A stretch of 64,000 bases of DNA from an uncultured delta proteobacterium (GTDB lineage: Bacteria > Desulfobacterota > RBG-13-43-22). A program made the translations under genes and the position numbers. Under the pieces are notes generated by a model. The model was not told where the DNA came from. It searched no databases and saw only the letters and a list, made by a program, of their open reading frames with translations. This document shows, in pieces, positions 62,325 through 64,000 of the stretch. Numbering within the stretch: the first letter of the stretch is position 1; every line of letters begins with the position of its first letter. The stretch is from positions 64,001 to 128,000 of the forward strand of contig CAVUPH010000007.1 in assembly GCA_963743305.1 (NCBI GenBank). Direction: 5' to 3'.

Positions 62325-63050
62325 TCAAAGGCCTTTTTTCATACCCTCAAGTTCATGTGATATACCAAGAAAGTCGAACTTTTCAATAAAAATCAGACGA
62401 CTGATGGAAAGAGCACAGATGCCAATTTGCGCGCACGACTTAAGGCACAGATGAAGGGCATCCTCATTACCTATCATATAGGCGGATTGAAAGGCACGCT
62501 TCGCCTTGTCTGATTGGTACTTCGTTACAGACAAGAAAGCCTGCTGATTTGGATGCCCGCCATAGTCAATCGTCCTGTCATAGAGTTCGCCTGCTATATT
62601 GCGCAATTTTTCGTCCTCCAACTTCAATACCTCAAAGACAATTGAAATCCTGAATTTCTGTTTCACTTTTTTCCTGGCCTCGTCATCCTCGTCGCGCCTT
62701 AGCCAAACCTCACGGACTAATGGCTTGCGAGCTATATACAATCCATAAAGGGCACACTCAAGAGACCCTCTCAGCACCATGTAAGTTTCAGGGACCTGGC
62801 CACTTAAGGCCAGTCTGACTCCAGCCAAATAGGCTGAATGAGATCGGAAGAGGAAAAAGGATGCAAGCAGATCTGGAGTACTGTACATGTTCTCAGCAGC
62901 CTTGTTGAACGCCAAATGTATGCCCTTAAGTCGATTGTACCACTCTTTTAGGTTATAGAATGTGGCGTAAGTATTGTCTGTCGCGTCCTGGATAAACTTA
63001 GACAAGGAATCATCTCCCCACCCTGGAGGAACCTTTGGATATTCTTTCAT
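62325..63050 (-). CDS. Hypothetical all-helical cassette protein (DUF5677/HEPN-like pattern)
   Basis: LRGSLECALY...LYDRTIDYGGHPN. Confidence 0.65.
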   Translation of the reverse strand: MKEYPKVPPGWGDDSLSKFIQDATDNTYATFYNLKEWYNRLKGIHLAFNKAAENMYSTPDLLASFFLFRSHSAYLAGVRLALSGQVPETYMVLRGSLECALYGLYIARKPLVREVWLRRDEDDEARKKVKQKFRISIVFEVLKLEDEKLRNIAGELYDRTIDYGGHPNQQAFLSVTKYQSDKAKRAFQSAYMIGNEDALHLCLKSCAQIGICALSISRLIFIEKFDFLGISHELEGMKKGL

Positions 63051-63785
63051 TGAGTGCCCCTACATTCCGTCGAGACACCCTAATCGTTCAGGATTAGGAA
63101 TGCGTCTTGGCGTGTCTGCTCGATCCGTTTGATGGGCCGAGAATCCGCAAGCCCAATATACTTGTTAGATTATCGCTGGGGGTCGGGCCATGTTGCCATC
63201 TTGATTATTCAGTTTTGACATCCCAGGAATAGGTGGTTTCACAACTTATATCGTTTTTATTCAGCCCCGAAAAGAGCATAATATTTAACAGCGCACCCCC
63301 GGAGCTGAACCCCCCACCAAATACTTTTTTCGAATAACCACCTTTTCACTACTCAAAAACTCATCATAGATCTATTTTAAGGGGCTGAATTGGCAGCATT
63401 CTTTTCCGAATCAAATACTCCGCGTATCCCGACCCCATTCATCCGCCTGCCTTTTTACCTCCGGGGTCAATCGGGCGTGGGTCATGGCCGTTTTAGCCAT
63501 AGACGGCACCTCCTTTTTTGTGTACCAAAATTTTATATAAGGGCCAACCCCATGTCAAGGTCCTTTAATGCTCCAATCAACGGCGTTGGGTCGGGCCACG
63601 CTACCCCGTGATTGTTCAATTTTATTAACAATCTCATAAAATGCCTATTGACTTAGTTCATAAAACATTTAAGTCTTGAACTTCGTCTTTGGCTTTCACA
63701 AAGATTTGCTTCGGTGACCCAATAAATATGTTTTCGGATCTCCCTATCGGATTTAAAGACAAATAGTAAGGCCGTTTTTGTCTTA

Positions 63786-63877
63786 GTCGTCATCCTGGAC
63801 TCGATCCGGGATCCAGAACATTGAAAACTCCAGGGGGCTGGATTCCGGATCTCCCTTCGGTCGTCCGGAATGACGAC
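63786..63877. repeat. REP-like paired palindromes
   Basis: GTCGTCATCC...ATCCAG...CTGGATTCCGG...CCGGAATGACGAC, same style as the interior of 61519-61694. Confidence 0.65.
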
Positions 63878-63950
63878 TTTGTACTCGGGTAATTCACTAT
63901 AAGCTGCTTAGAACCCGTCGAGAAATAAGCTGTACAATACCGCTACTATC

Positions 63951-64000
63951 TCCGTTCATGCTGAGCCTGTCGAAGCATTGCCGTATCGTTCACCCTTCGA
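63951..64000. repeat. REP-like repeat running off the window
   Basis: CCGTTCATGCTGAGCCTGTCGAAGCA...GTTCACCCTTCGA. Confidence 0.5.

Noticed and set aside
63140-64000. Integron integrase or attI at the head of the array
   Set aside because: No tyrosine-recombinase ORF or recognisable attI; only AT-rich DNA and REP-like repeats up to the window edge.

Overview
This window looks like a chromosome or MAG segment from an anaerobic deltaproteobacterium (Desulfobacterota-like); that assignment is inferred from gene content and repeat types. The core backbone is hisB/hisA, rpsU-dnaG-rpoD, tRNA(CAT), nif3/Zn-ribbon/RNase HI, RNase P RNA and ispD-ispF-cysS. A ~15 kb accessory block between rpoD and the tRNA holds an MdtABC-OMF efflux pump, an internally deleted degP and a membrane-anchored PTS Enzyme I. 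A long PerR/rubrerythrin redox cluster follows, with a 2-oxoacid:ferredoxin oxidoreductase, an octaheme cytochrome c, rubredoxins and redoxins. The 40-57 kb region is an accessory mosaic. Best signals: (1) a minus-strand, lower-GC integron-like cassette array at ~57.3-63.1 kb with several attC-like sites, no integrase in view, and candidate defence genes including a PD-(D/E)XK nuclease split by IS630; (2) two unrelated secreted proteins ending in the same xYLPL(I/V)LKx motif, one next to a TMTC-like GT-C glycosyltransferase, suggesting a C-terminal sorting/glycosylation system; (3) a UGA-recoded selenoprotein (rhodanese-ferritin fusion) with a SECIS-like hairpin; (4) the membrane-anchored Enzyme I with a partner gene; (5) several MITE/REP families. 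Many single-base frameshifts are probably assembly indels. All family assignments come from motif recognition, not database searches.
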